Shown here piece by piece: positions 42,675 to 51,985 of a DNA stretch of 64,000 nucleotides; the stretch's first letter is position 1, and each line of letters opens with the position of its first letter. Source of the DNA: Planctomycetia bacterium (GTDB lineage Bacteria > Planctomycetota > Phycisphaerae > UBA1845 > Fen-1342); assembly GCA_015709575.1 (NCBI GenBank), contig CP054190.1, positions 1,732,616 through 1,796,615 of the forward strand, written 5' to 3'. The notes beneath the pieces were generated by a model. The model ran no database searches and was not told the DNA's origin. It saw only the letters and a program-made list of their open reading frames with translations. The position numbers and the translations under genes were made by a program.

Positions 42675-42774
42675 CGTGGCCATCCCCTGTGGATAGCCGT
42701 CGTCGTGAGGCCGTCGGGATCGTGCCGGCGGTTCGATCGGCACGGTGGCGGCGGGCCCGCAGCGGCGACGGCCG

Positions 42775-42900
42775 TCACATCGCCCAGAGCAGGATCACTC
42801 CGAGCAGCGTGTACGTCGTGACCCAGAGCGCGTCGGCGAAGCGCGTCCCGATCGCGCACTCGGACGCTGTGAACACCGATGCTGACAGAGCGGAGTTCAT
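42775..42900 (-). CDS. Unannotated 41-aa small membrane protein candidate
   Basis: My translation is MNSALSASVFTASECAIGTRFADALWVTTYTLLGVILLWAM*. G/C is at the third position in 36 of 41 codons. The start is 1 nt after the stop of the preceding mini-ORF (TGAcATG). It is below the ORF-track size cutoff. Confidence 0.45.
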   Translation of the reverse strand: MNSALSASVFTASECAIGTRFADALWVTTYTLLGVILLWAM

Positions 42901-42901
42901 G

Positions 42902-42976
42902 TCAGCGCTCCACGCCCAGGATCACGTAGTCATACATGTCCAAGACCCACTTGACGATCCACACCAAGTTGACCAT
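42902..42976 (-). CDS. Unannotated 24-aa mini-ORF candidate
   Basis: My translation is MVNLVWIVKWVLDMYDYVILGVER*. GGAG lies 7 nt upstream of the ATG. G/C is at the third position in 23 of 24 codons. Confidence 0.4.
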   Translation of the reverse strand: MVNLVWIVKWVLDMYDYVILGVER

Positions 42977-43277
42977 TGGAACACTCCTCTGCCTCGCTTC
43001 TCCTCCGGCGTCAATGCGGACGTGCAAATAGAGCTTCGGGCGATTTTTGCCCCCGGGTTAACTTCGTGCTGTCAATTTGGCAAAGATCAAGTGGTCCGGA
43101 ATCGGTCACGGTCGGGCCTCGGGAAAGGAGCTAAGTCCCTCCTGCAAATCCGGCGGCCGCGCCGGCGGTCGTGGGGCGCAACAGATCGAAATATGATCCG
43201 GTCTTCTGCGAATACGCTTGGGACGCGGCCGACGCTGCGAGCAGCGGCGTTTCGGTCGGCGGCCCGGTGAGGCAGTC

Positions 43278-44831
43278 ATGCTCGGAGAGTGGTTCTTCTC
43301 AAAATTGCGGTCAGCTGAATCTGCGATGGAGCAGGGGCGGCTCGATGATGCCTTGCGCCTTCTCGGGGCCGTTCGAGGCGGATCGACTGAGGGGCGCGCG
43401 GTGGTGCTGCGGGAGCGACTCGCGCGATTGCTGTCGGCCCGCGCGCGGGTTCGGGCGCAGGAAGCCCGGTATCGCGAGGCGCTCGACGACCTCGAACACG
43501 CGCGCGGGCTCGCGCCGCTCGATCCGGATTCCGAGGCCCTGTGGGCGCGCGCGCTGGATGCACTGCGCGACGCGGAGCGTGCTCAGCGCCGCCAGGCGGA
43601 GGCCGTGCGAGCGGCGACGGATCAATTGGACGCCGGTCGGCTCGCCACCGGGCGCGTACTCGCGGACAAGATCGAGGATGCGGCCGTCAGGCATGAAATT
43701 CGCGCTCGGCTGGATGCCCGCGCGGATCGCGCCCGTGAGCTGCTCGATCGGGCGCGCGCGGCGCAGCGTGCCGGGGACGTAACCGGCGCATTGCTGCTGC
43801 TCTCGGAGTCGGTGACGCGTCACGGCCGGGACGATGAGACGCGCGACGTGGAGCGGTCGCTCTGCCTGAGCGCGATGGAGGCGGCCGACCAGCACTGGCA
43901 GGAAGGTCGCCTCGATCGCCTGGGCGCGATGATCGAGGCGGCCAATCGCCTGCCTGCGGCGGATCCCGGCCTGGCAGGTTGGGCGCGCGTGATGGAGGGC
44001 CTTCGCGCCATCTGTGCGGGCCTGCATTCAGCCGGTGTGGATGAACTGCGCGCCGGCCTGCTGCGCATCAGCGCGGGGCGCCCCACCGGGCGCTGGCTGC
44101 AGGATGCGCTGGAGGCCACCGCGCAGTTGGAGGCAGCCCGCGACCGGCTGCTATCTTCGCCGCTGATGCTGGCGGGTCCGCGCTCCCGGCCGGCGCCGCG
44201 CGATGCCGCGCTCGAGACCCAGGCCGCCCAGCCGCGAGCGGCGCAGTCCGGGGCGAGAATGCGGCTGCTGCTGGTGGACACCGCCGGCAGTGCGCTGCTG
44301 TGCATGGAGCCTACGGTACGGATCGGTCGCTCCGGCAGCAGTGCCGGGCTGGAGGTGGCTGTACCGGCGGATCTGGCGTCGCACCATGCGGACGTGGTGC
44401 GCGTCGGGGATGATTACTTCCTCGTGGCGCATGCGCCGACGATGGTGAACCGGCGTTCGGCGGGCCGGGTGCTGCTGCGCGACGGCGACCGCGTCACGAT
44501 GGGCGCCCGGGGGCGCTTCACGTTTCACAAGCCCAGCTCGCGGAGCGAGTCGGCCGTGCTGCGGCTGGCGGATCGTTGCCGCCTGGCGCACGACGTGGGG
44601 CAGGTGATCCTCTTTTGCGGCACGTTCGTGATTGGTCCGCACTCCGGAGCGCATGTGCAGACGCGCGATTCGGAGACGCGCGTTGTGGTGTTCGAGCGCG
44701 GCGGAGAGATGCTGGCGCGACAGATCAGCACCGACGGTCGTCACCTGGATGCGGCGGTGCCGCTGGTCGAGGGGCGGCCCGTGCAGATCGGGGATCAGCG
44801 GCTTACGCTGGTCTCCCCAAGCGCGGCGTGA
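43278..44831 (+). CDS. FHA-domain protein with helical (TPR-like) N-terminal half
   Basis: TVRIGRSGSSAGLEVAVPADLASHHADVVRVGDDYFLVAHAPTMVNRRSAGRVLLRDGDRVTMG is FHA-like. A second degenerate FHA-like segment follows. ATG 43278 follows GAGG. Confidence 0.7.
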   Translation: MLGEWFFSKLRSAESAMEQGRLDDALRLLGAVRGGSTEGRAVVLRERLARLLSARARVRAQEARYREALDDLEHARGLAPLDPDSEALWARALDALRDAERAQRRQAEAVRAATDQLDAGRLATGRVLADKIEDAAVRHEIRARLDARADRARELLDRARAAQRAGDVTGALLLLSESVTRHGRDDETRDVERSLCLSAMEAADQHWQEGRLDRLGAMIEAANRLPAADPGLAGWARVMEGLRAICAGLHSAGVDELRAGLLRISAGRPTGRWLQDALEATAQLEAARDRLLSSPLMLAGPRSRPAPRDAALETQAAQPRAAQSGARMRLLLVDTAGSALLCMEPTVRIGRSGSSAGLEVAVPADLASHHADVVRVGDDYFLVAHAPTMVNRRSAGRVLLRDGDRVTMGARGRFTFHKPSSRSESAVLRLADRCRLAHDVGQVILFCGTFVIGPHSGAHVQTRDSETRVVVFERGGEMLARQISTDGRHLDAAVPLVEGRPVQIGDQRLTLVSPSAA

Positions 44832-44904
44832 CGCCGGCAGCGGGTGCGGTGCAGTGACGGCCCGTGATCCCGCGCGCAGGCGCGGGTGATCCGAAGGAGC
44901 AGTC

Positions 44905-47049
44905 GTGGCGTACGCCTTCAAGTATGGAGATCGCCCGCTCGACGGGATCACGATCCAGCGCGCTGTGGGGCGCGGCGGGTTCGGCGAGGTGTACTACGCG
45001 CTGACCGATTCCGGCAAGCAGGTGGCGGTCAAGTTTCTTCGGGACAACGCCGACGTGGAGCTGCGCGGGATTCAGAACGTCCTGAATCTCAAAAGCCCGC
45101 ACCTCGTTTCGGTGTTTGACGTCCGCCGCGACAACGCCGGCGACTCCTGGGTGGTGATGGAGTACATCAGCGGCCCGTCATTGCGCGACGTGCTGATCGC
45201 GGAGCCGCAGGGGCTGGGCCCGCAGAAGGCGGCGTTCTTCCTGCGCGGAATTGCGCAGGGCCTTTCGTACCTGCACGAGCGCGGGGTTGTCCACCGCGAC
45301 CTGAAGCCGGGCAACATTTTTTATGACGACGGATACGTGAAGATCGGCGACTACGGCCTGAGCAAGTACATCCCGGTCAGCCGGCATTCCGGCCAGACGA
45401 TGAGCGTGGGCACCGTGCATTACATGGCGCCCGAGATCGGCAGCGGAAACTACAGCAAGGCCATCGACGTCTATGCGCTGGGCGTGATCCTGTTCGAGAT
45501 GCTTACCGGGCGGCTGCCGTTCGCCGGCAGCAGCATGGGCGAAGTGCTGATGCGCCACCTCTCCGACACGCCCGACCTCTCCGTGCTGCCCGAGGGTTTT
45601 CGTCCGATCGTCGCCCGGGCGCTGGCCAAGAAGCCGGAGGATCGCTACCCGGATGCCGGCTCGATGGTGGCGGCGCTGGACGCATCGCCCGAGCTGCGCG
45701 AGTGCGCCGAGCGCTTTGATCACTCCGGACTCTCGCGCATGCCGCTGCCGCCCCGCACGGGCGGCGACTCCCCGACACGCACCACGCCGCCGCGCCGGGT
45801 TCCCGCAGCGCTCGATGCCCGCGATCCGCGCTGGCCGGAGCAGTTCGATAGTTCCAAGAACGAGCGGTTGCATCGCCTGGAGCGGAAGTTCGAGAAGCGC
45901 GCCGAGCACTGGCACCGTCGCATCGAAAGCCAGGGCATGAAGGCCACCCCGCCGCCGTCGCGAATGGAGGGCGGTCTGCCGCGGGTCGGCCTGGGCGCCA
46001 AGTTCGTCCGCTCCGCCGTGCTGGCCGTCGTAGTCGTGAGCCTGTCGGTCGTTCTCGCGCTGATCTCCCGCAACCGTCGAGTGGAGGAAGCGGCTGTCGC
46101 CCTGGGCCTGTTCATGATCGGCGGCGTGATCGGCGGGTTGGCGGCGCGGCTTTTCGCCATTCCGCGCATGGGCGCGACACACTGGGTGTTTGACCGCCTG
46201 GTGTTCGGCTGCCTGGCCGGGGCGCTCATGGCGCCGGGGCTGGCGGCGGCAGACGAGTGCTCGCCGGAACTGCATGAGTTGATCATCGGGCCAGTCGCGA
46301 TGCTATTGCTGCTCGATTGGCGCAGGCTGATCGACAACGCCCGCGCCGGTGAGGTTGATGGCGGCGCCGTGGTCTGGTCCGGCCTGATATGCTTCATCTC
46401 CGCCGTGTTCACGGAGGTCCGCGGCAGCGCGATGTTCGCCGCCGCGGGCATGGGGGCGGCCATCGCGCTGCTGATGCAGATGGCGGCCGGAATGTGGCCG
46501 CTGCCGAAATCGGCGATTCAGCGCGATCCGGACGAAGAGTCCGGCGACGACGACAATGACGTCGGCTCCGGTGCGGGCGAGCCTGCCCGGCCGGCGGCAG
46601 CGGGGGCCTCGCCGGTGGCTCGTGCCGACGCCGCTTCCCATTCGCCCGGACCGTTCGCGAACGTGGTCATCGGCGTCGGCCAGCGCGCACAGCCCGCGAC
46701 TGCGCCACCGACCCGGGCGCAGGAAGCGGTGAGCAACGTTGTCACAGGTGCAGCGCGCACCACGCCGCAGGGCACCGAAGCCATGCGGAGAGAGGTAATC
46801 GTCGGCCGTTCATCGAGGCGATTTCCGATTGTGCGTGTGATGATTCTGGCGCTCGCAGCCGGTGCCGGCGCCATGTACCTGGCGCACGAGACCCGGCCGC
46901 GTGCGACTCACAGCCCAGTGGGGCTCAGCCGGGTGAATCGGGCCATGGTGCTGGGCGGAGCGACCGCCGCCGTGGCGACGGGGGCGACCCTCTCTGCGAT
47001 ATGGGTGATACGCAGACGTTTGGCAACCCGTCACCACCTGTCTGACTAG
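44905..47049 (+). CDS. Hanks-type Ser/Thr protein kinase with multi-TM C-terminal region
   Basis: GTG 44905 follows GGAG. Kinase motifs are GRGGFGEVYYAL, VAVKFL, HRDLKPGNIFYD, IGDYGLSK and GTVHYMAPE. Several hydrophobic helices lie after residue ~370. Confidence 0.88.
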   Translation: MAYAFKYGDRPLDGITIQRAVGRGGFGEVYYALTDSGKQVAVKFLRDNADVELRGIQNVLNLKSPHLVSVFDVRRDNAGDSWVVMEYISGPSLRDVLIAEPQGLGPQKAAFFLRGIAQGLSYLHERGVVHRDLKPGNIFYDDGYVKIGDYGLSKYIPVSRHSGQTMSVGTVHYMAPEIGSGNYSKAIDVYALGVILFEMLTGRLPFAGSSMGEVLMRHLSDTPDLSVLPEGFRPIVARALAKKPEDRYPDAGSMVAALDASPELRECAERFDHSGLSRMPLPPRTGGDSPTRTTPPRRVPAALDARDPRWPEQFDSSKNERLHRLERKFEKRAEHWHRRIESQGMKATPPPSRMEGGLPRVGLGAKFVRSAVLAVVVVSLSVVLALISRNRRVEEAAVALGLFMIGGVIGGLAARLFAIPRMGATHWVFDRLVFGCLAGALMAPGLAAADECSPELHELIIGPVAMLLLLDWRRLIDNARAGEVDGGAVVWSGLICFISAVFTEVRGSAMFAAAGMGAAIALLMQMAAGMWPLPKSAIQRDPDEESGDDDNDVGSGAGEPARPAAAGASPVARADAASHSPGPFANVVIGVGQRAQPATAPPTRAQEAVSNVVTGAARTTPQGTEAMRREVIVGRSSRRFPIVRVMILALAAGAGAMYLAHETRPRATHSPVGLSRVNRAMVLGGATAAVATGATLSAIWVIRRRLATRHHLSD

Positions 47050-47081
47050 GTATGCCGTGCTCCGGAACGCGGCTGTCGGCG

Positions 47082-48641
47082 TCACGGGCAGCCGTTGTTC
47101 AGCACGCACTCAATGAACGGGTCGATGTCGAAGTTGTTCGCAAATCCGTCGTCGTTGATGTCCGCCAGCATTCGATCGCAGTGCGGGAAGACCTGCGCGT
47201 AGCCGTCGGGGTTCAGAATCGCCGCCACGAACGCGTCGATGTCGAAGTTGTTCACCATGCCGTCACAGTTCAGGTCACCCAGCGCGAAACCCGCCGCCAC
47301 GTTGCCGACCAGGGTTACCACCCGGGACGGCTGATCCGGCGCATTGGAGCTGATGACGAGCGTTGCATTTCTCGGGCCGGGCGTGGCGGTGTCCATCGTG
47401 ACGGTGTGAGAATTGCTCCCACCGCCGGCGGATTCGTTGAACGATCCGCCGGGCGCGCTGAACCCCGATCCGGCCGAGAGCGTGTAGTTCAGCACGGCGA
47501 TTCCGTTGTTCGTCCACAGCGATGTATCGCCGCTGTTCGTGACCGTCAGTGGCAGTTGCGCGACCGCTCCGACATTCACCGTGCCGAAGTCGAGCAGCAG
47601 CGGCGAGTCCACCCGCGGCGGCACGCGCAGATCCAGATACACGGGCAGGTGTCCGCTGGGGGCCGCGGCCTGTTGCAAGGCCAGCGCAATCGCGGGCCCG
47701 ACCATCGTGTTGGTCGTCGTGTTCAGCGGGTTGTTGTAACTAGAGCCGTCATTGCCCCACGAGCGATACGAGTGATTGGGATCGTCCCATGTCGTCGTGC
47801 TGTAGGCCAGCGCCGGGTTGCCGATGTAGTCAAACCCGGTTCCGTCCACGAGATTTTCTGAAAGCAGGATCTGGTCGTGCCGGTCATCCATCTCTCCGCT
47901 GCTGGCCGGGTCCTGTGTGTGGACGTAACGAAATGCGAAGGAGTTGTTCCACGAGCCGGGCGTATTGATCGGATCAATGAATCGCCGCAGGTACCCCGCC
48001 AGCACGGCCACCAGCCGTTGATACTCCGCGGACGCTGAGTTTTGGATGTTCAGATCTCCGGCCAGCAGGTAATGCCGCCCGGCCGGAAGCCCCTCGGCGT
48101 CGTCGCGGATGCGCGTGGCCTCCGTCAGCCGGCGCAGATCATCATCGGATCCGGCTTCCTGCGCCTTCATGTGCGAGCTATAGCAGGAGAGGATCGCGCC
48201 ATCGGAGGTGTATCCGGCCAGACGTACGTCGTAGCGCATGATGTGTCGCGGCTGATTCGGCGACGCCCCGCCTGTCGATACCAGCACCGTGGCGAGCAAC
48301 GTGGCCCTGGAGGTGCGGTAGAAGAACGCATTGTCCGTGTCGGGACCGTTTACAAACGGCGCCGCCGCCCAGTCGCCCGGGCTGCCGGGAGCTCCGTTGA
48401 GCAGGTTCACGAACTCCGTCACCGCCGGAGCGCTGATAAATTCCTGCCCCACGATGATGTCAGGGCGCATCGACCGGCCCAGGTAGCTGCCGTAGAAGAT
48501 CGTCTGAAACTCGCTGACCCGCCCGCCGTTGTAGTTGGTCACGTTGTATTCGCAGATCCGCAGCTGCGCCGTCGCCGTTCCGCAAATCCCGGCGATAGCG
48601 GCGATCCAGGCGGCCGTGCAGCGGAACAGACGATCCATCAC
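47082..48641 (-). CDS. Secreted endonuclease/exonuclease/phosphatase (EEP) family protein with Ig-like middle domain and C-terminal dockerin-like module
   Basis: The signal reads MMDRLFRCTAAWIAAIAGICGTATA. EEP blocks are LRICEYNVTNY...PDIIVGQEF...LLAGDLNIQ...DDRHDQILLS. The choice-of-anchor/ASH-like segment reads LLDFGTVNVGAVAQLPLTVTNSGDTSL. The tail reads GDLNCDGMVNNFDIDAFV...DDGFANNFDIDPFI. Confidence 0.85.
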   Translation of the reverse strand: MMDRLFRCTAAWIAAIAGICGTATAQLRICEYNVTNYNGGRVSEFQTIFYGSYLGRSMRPDIIVGQEFISAPAVTEFVNLLNGAPGSPGDWAAAPFVNGPDTDNAFFYRTSRATLLATVLVSTGGASPNQPRHIMRYDVRLAGYTSDGAILSCYSSHMKAQEAGSDDDLRRLTEATRIRDDAEGLPAGRHYLLAGDLNIQNSASAEYQRLVAVLAGYLRRFIDPINTPGSWNNSFAFRYVHTQDPASSGEMDDRHDQILLSENLVDGTGFDYIGNPALAYSTTTWDDPNHSYRSWGNDGSSYNNPLNTTTNTMVGPAIALALQQAAAPSGHLPVYLDLRVPPRVDSPLLLDFGTVNVGAVAQLPLTVTNSGDTSLWTNNGIAVLNYTLSAGSGFSAPGGSFNESAGGGSNSHTVTMDTATPGPRNATLVISSNAPDQPSRVVTLVGNVAAGFALGDLNCDGMVNNFDIDAFVAAILNPDGYAQVFPHCDRMLADINDDGFANNFDIDPFIECVLNNGCP

Positions 48642-48659
48642 CAGCAGCTCCTTCCCGCA

Positions 48660-48675
48660 GTCAATCGCGATTGAC
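48660..48675. promoter_or_regulatory. Perfect 16-bp palindrome GTCAATCGCGATTGAC just upstream of the EEP gene RBS
   Basis: Read directly from the sequence. It lies 19 nt upstream of the start codon (48641) and abuts the GGAG ribosome-binding site on the minus strand. It is a candidate operator for a dimeric regulator. Confidence 0.35.
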
Positions 48676-48851
48676 CACCCGCCAGCCAGCGGCGCGCGGG
48701 CGTCGGCGGGACCATGCGTATGCTCAATTGAAGCGGCCGTTTCCCATCCGAGCAGCGCCGCCGTCCGGGAGGGTCCGCGTGCCTACGGATTCTAACACGC
48801 CTGTCCGCGAAAATTCCGCGCACGCGGCGTCAGAATCGCATGATTCCCGGC

Positions 48852-49181
48852 TTACCGCGCCAATGCGTCGATCCGGGCGGCGACGATGAAATCCGCCTCG
48901 GTCAGCCCGCCGGCACTGTGCGTCCACAATTCCACCCGCACCCGTCCCCAGGCCAGGTGAATGTCGGGATGGTGATTCTGCTGCTCGGCGACCGCGGCAA
49001 CCGCATTCGTGAAAGCGAGTGCCGCTGCAAAGTCCGGAAACCTGAACTCCCGCTGCAAGCGGGATTCGTCCAGTACCGTCCACTGCGGAAGCTGGACCGC
49101 CAGTTCGCGAAGCGCCTGGCCGCTGAGCGGCGGGGCGCCTTGCGAGTGGGGGGTGCAGGTGCGTCGCGCCAGCGGCGTCAT
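48852..49181 (-). CDS. phhB: Pterin-4-alpha-carbinolamine dehydratase
   Basis: FRFPDFAAALAFTNAVAAVAEQQNHHPDIHLAWGRVRVELWTHSAGGLTEADF is the PCD/DCoH signature. Confidence 0.88.
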   Translation of the reverse strand: MTPLARRTCTPHSQGAPPLSGQALRELAVQLPQWTVLDESRLQREFRFPDFAAALAFTNAVAAVAEQQNHHPDIHLAWGRVRVELWTHSAGGLTEADFIVAARIDALAR

Positions 49182-49256
49182 CGGTCATACTCCCGGCGGT
49201 TGCGAAAATGGGCTTCGCGGTTAGGCTACCCCGTCCGCAAACGGAAAGGAACCGCG

Positions 49257-50162
49257 ATGTCGCTGCTGGTTACCGGCTCTATTGGGATTGACACCATCGA
49301 AACGCCCCACGGGCGGGCGAATGACACGCTGGGCGGGTCGGCTGTCTACTTCGCCGTCGCAGCTTCGCTGTTCAACGAAGTCCGGATGGTCGCGGTCGTC
49401 GGGGATGACTTTGACGCCCGCTTGTTTGAGCCGCTCGGGAAGCGGAGGATCGACACTTCCGGAGTGGAGCGCCGCACCGGCAGCCGCACGTTCCGCTGGC
49501 ACGGTCGTTACGCCGGCGCAATGAATGAAGCGGAGACGGTGGACGTCAAGTTGAACGTGCTCGCGGAGCGCGCCGCGACGATTCCGCCCGCATTTGCGGA
49601 CAGCCCGTATGTCTTTCTGGCCAACACGCACCCTGCGGCTCAGTTCGAGATGGCCCGCCAGATGTCCGGCAGCAAGCTGATCGTCTGCGACACGATGAAC
49701 CTGTGGATTCAGAATGAGTCGCAGGCGCTGCGGAAGACGCTTGCGGCGGTCAACGGCGTGGTGCTCAACGAGGGCGAAGCGCGGCTGCTGACCGGAAAGT
49801 CGAACCTGGTGGCCGCCGGGCGCGAAATCCTCGCGATGGGTCCGCGCTTCGCGATTATCAAGAAGGGCGAGCACGGCAGCCTGATGGTGTCGAAGGAGGG
49901 GGTGTTCGTGATGCCGGCCTACCCGACCACCAACGTCGTCGATCCGACCGGCTGCGGCGACTGCTTCGCGGGTGCGATGATGGGGTACCTGGCGGCGAGC
50001 GGGCGGACGGACATCGCCGGCGTCCGCAGCGCCATGGCCCGCGGCAGCGTGGTTGCCTCGTTCGTGATCGAGTCTTTCAGCATCACTTCGTTGCATAGCG
50101 CCACCGCGGCCGATGTCGAATCGCGGCTGCGCGAGCTGCGGGCGATGGCCGCCTACGAATAG
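49257..50162 (+). CDS. PfkB-family carbohydrate/nucleoside kinase
   Basis: MSLLVTGSIGIDTIETP...GGSAVYFAVAASL...NEGEARLLTG...DPTGCGDCFAGAMMGYL carries the PfkB motifs. GGAAAGGA lies upstream of ATG 49257. Confidence 0.8.
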   Translation: MSLLVTGSIGIDTIETPHGRANDTLGGSAVYFAVAASLFNEVRMVAVVGDDFDARLFEPLGKRRIDTSGVERRTGSRTFRWHGRYAGAMNEAETVDVKLNVLAERAATIPPAFADSPYVFLANTHPAAQFEMARQMSGSKLIVCDTMNLWIQNESQALRKTLAAVNGVVLNEGEARLLTGKSNLVAAGREILAMGPRFAIIKKGEHGSLMVSKEGVFVMPAYPTTNVVDPTGCGDCFAGAMMGYLAASGRTDIAGVRSAMARGSVVASFVIESFSITSLHSATAADVESRLRELRAMAAYE

Positions 50163-50213
50163 ACGAGCGTGATGGCGGGCAGTCGCGTTCGGCATGCGCG
50201 CCGCTTGCGGCGC

Positions 50214-51842
50214 TCAATGATCGACCGGGTGCCCGAGCAGGGGGGTCAGTTCCGCCAGGCGCCGCTCCAGCAGCTCGCGATTGGCGGCTTCCATGTTCAG
50301 CCGCAGCAGAGGCTCGGTGTTCGACGCACGCACGTTGAACCACCAGTCCGGGTACTGAACTGTCACACCATCGAGCTGGTCGATCTCGGCGTCGGAGTAT
50401 TGGCGGCTGATTTTGGCAAACGTTCCTTGCTTATCCTCATTCTCAAAGTTGCGCTCGCCGCTGGCGGCGTACACGCACAGCGAGGACATCAGCGTGCCGA
50501 GTGATTGATTGCGGCGCGTCAGCGCGTTGAGCACCGCCACGAACGCCAGCATCCCGCTGTCGCAGTAGTAGAAGTCGCGGAAGTAGAAGTGTCCCGACAG
50601 CTCGCCGCCAAAGGCCGCGTCGCATTCGGCCATGGTGCGCTTCATGAAGACGTGCCCAACCCGCTCGCGGCGCGGGATGCCGCCGGCGCGGCGCACCACG
50701 TCGGCCACCACGCGGCTGGAGCGCAGGTCATAGACAATCGTCGCGCCCGGTCGCTGCCGCAGGTACTCTTCCGCCAGCAGCGCTGTCAGCAGGTCGCTCG
50801 GCACGGTGCGGCCGTTTTCATCGACGAAGACGCAGCGGTCTGCGTCGCCGTCAAAGCACGCGCCGATGTCCGCACCGTGCTCGCGAACGGCGGCCTGAAG
50901 CTGCGCCAGGTTCGCCTCCACGAGCGGGTTCGGCGGATGCACGAACTCGCCGTCATGCTCGAAATTCAGCGGAATGACCGTGAGGTTCGGAGTGCCGGAG
51001 AAAAGGATCGGGAACCAGCGCCCCGCCATGCCGTTGGAGGCGTCCACCACCACCTTCAGCGGGCGGATCGGCTGCAGGAACCGCTGCAATTGTGCACGGT
51101 ACGGCTCCGAGAGGTCCACCACCCGAACCGGTTCGCCGTCCAGGACTCGATGCCGGCTGATCGCCGCCGCGATTCGTTCGATCTCGCGCAACCCGGTGTC
51201 CTGTCCGATCGGCTTGCCCTTCGGCCCGCAGATCTTGAAGCCGTTGTAGTTGCTCGGGTTGTGGCTGGCGGTGGTCTGAACCCCGCCGCAGCAGGGCATG
51301 TGGTTGGTCGCGAAGTAAATCTGCGACGTGTCGATCATGCCGATGTCCACCACCCTGCCGCCGGTCGCGCGCGCTCCCTCGATGAACGCCCGGGCCAAGG
51401 CCGGGCTGTGCGAGCGCATGTCGCGGCCGATGATCAGCGTGTTCATGGCGTCGTCGCTGCGGTCGTAGCCCGACAGCGACGTGCGCAGAAACTGGGCGGT
51501 GGCGTTGCCGATGCGCCAGGCGACGTCCTCGCTCAGCGGGTCGGGCACGATTGCCCGCACGTCATAGGCCTTGAACACACGATGGATCGGATCCATATCG
51601 TCTCGTTCCTTGCGAAGGGCCGGCTGCGTGCGCTGCCCCTGCACGTGCACCACCAGCGGTCGCTGCGTGGTCACACCGGGCACCGGCTCGCCCAGCCCGC
51701 GCTCGTCATCATTGAACTGGCAGCCGGGGCACTTGTGGAAGTTGGCGCGCCGCCGCCCCATGCACACGGCGTCCGAGATCTTCACGCTCTCTTCGCCGGG
51801 GCAGTAGCGGGTGTAGCCGGGCTTCGCGGGCTTGCTGCTCAC
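50214..51842 (-). CDS. Phosphomannomutase/phosphoglucomutase with ~85-aa four-Cys N-terminal extension
   Basis: FKAYDVRAIVPD..., the active-site loop TASHNPSNYNGFKICG, and DGDADRCVF. The N-terminal extension contains CPGEE...C...CPGC. Confidence 0.88.
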   Translation of the reverse strand: MSSKPAKPGYTRYCPGEESVKISDAVCMGRRRANFHKCPGCQFNDDERGLGEPVPGVTTQRPLVVHVQGQRTQPALRKERDDMDPIHRVFKAYDVRAIVPDPLSEDVAWRIGNATAQFLRTSLSGYDRSDDAMNTLIIGRDMRSHSPALARAFIEGARATGGRVVDIGMIDTSQIYFATNHMPCCGGVQTTASHNPSNYNGFKICGPKGKPIGQDTGLREIERIAAAISRHRVLDGEPVRVVDLSEPYRAQLQRFLQPIRPLKVVVDASNGMAGRWFPILFSGTPNLTVIPLNFEHDGEFVHPPNPLVEANLAQLQAAVREHGADIGACFDGDADRCVFVDENGRTVPSDLLTALLAEEYLRQRPGATIVYDLRSSRVVADVVRRAGGIPRRERVGHVFMKRTMAECDAAFGGELSGHFYFRDFYYCDSGMLAFVAVLNALTRRNQSLGTLMSSLCVYAASGERNFENEDKQGTFAKISRQYSDAEIDQLDGVTVQYPDWWFNVRASNTEPLLRLNMEAANRELLERRLAELTPLLGHPVDH

Positions 51843-51985
51843 GGCGGGGATGCTATCAAGCGCACCGACCCGCGGTCAAACCCGCAGGCGAGTCTGCTGA
51901 CGCCCGTGCGGACCGCCTCAGCGCGCCGAGCCGCCAATCGCGCTGCATCGGCGCACGATTGCCTGGCGTGGCGGATTAGGGTTGA

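Noticed and set aside
40746-42743. 665-aa ORF on the minus strand, one of the longest in the track.
   Set aside because: It is entirely antisense to the kinase-CHASE2 gene, whose motifs are unambiguous. The product is Arg/Pro/His/Gln-rich with no motif. Such long shadow ORFs are expected in GC-rich DNA because stop codons are rare.
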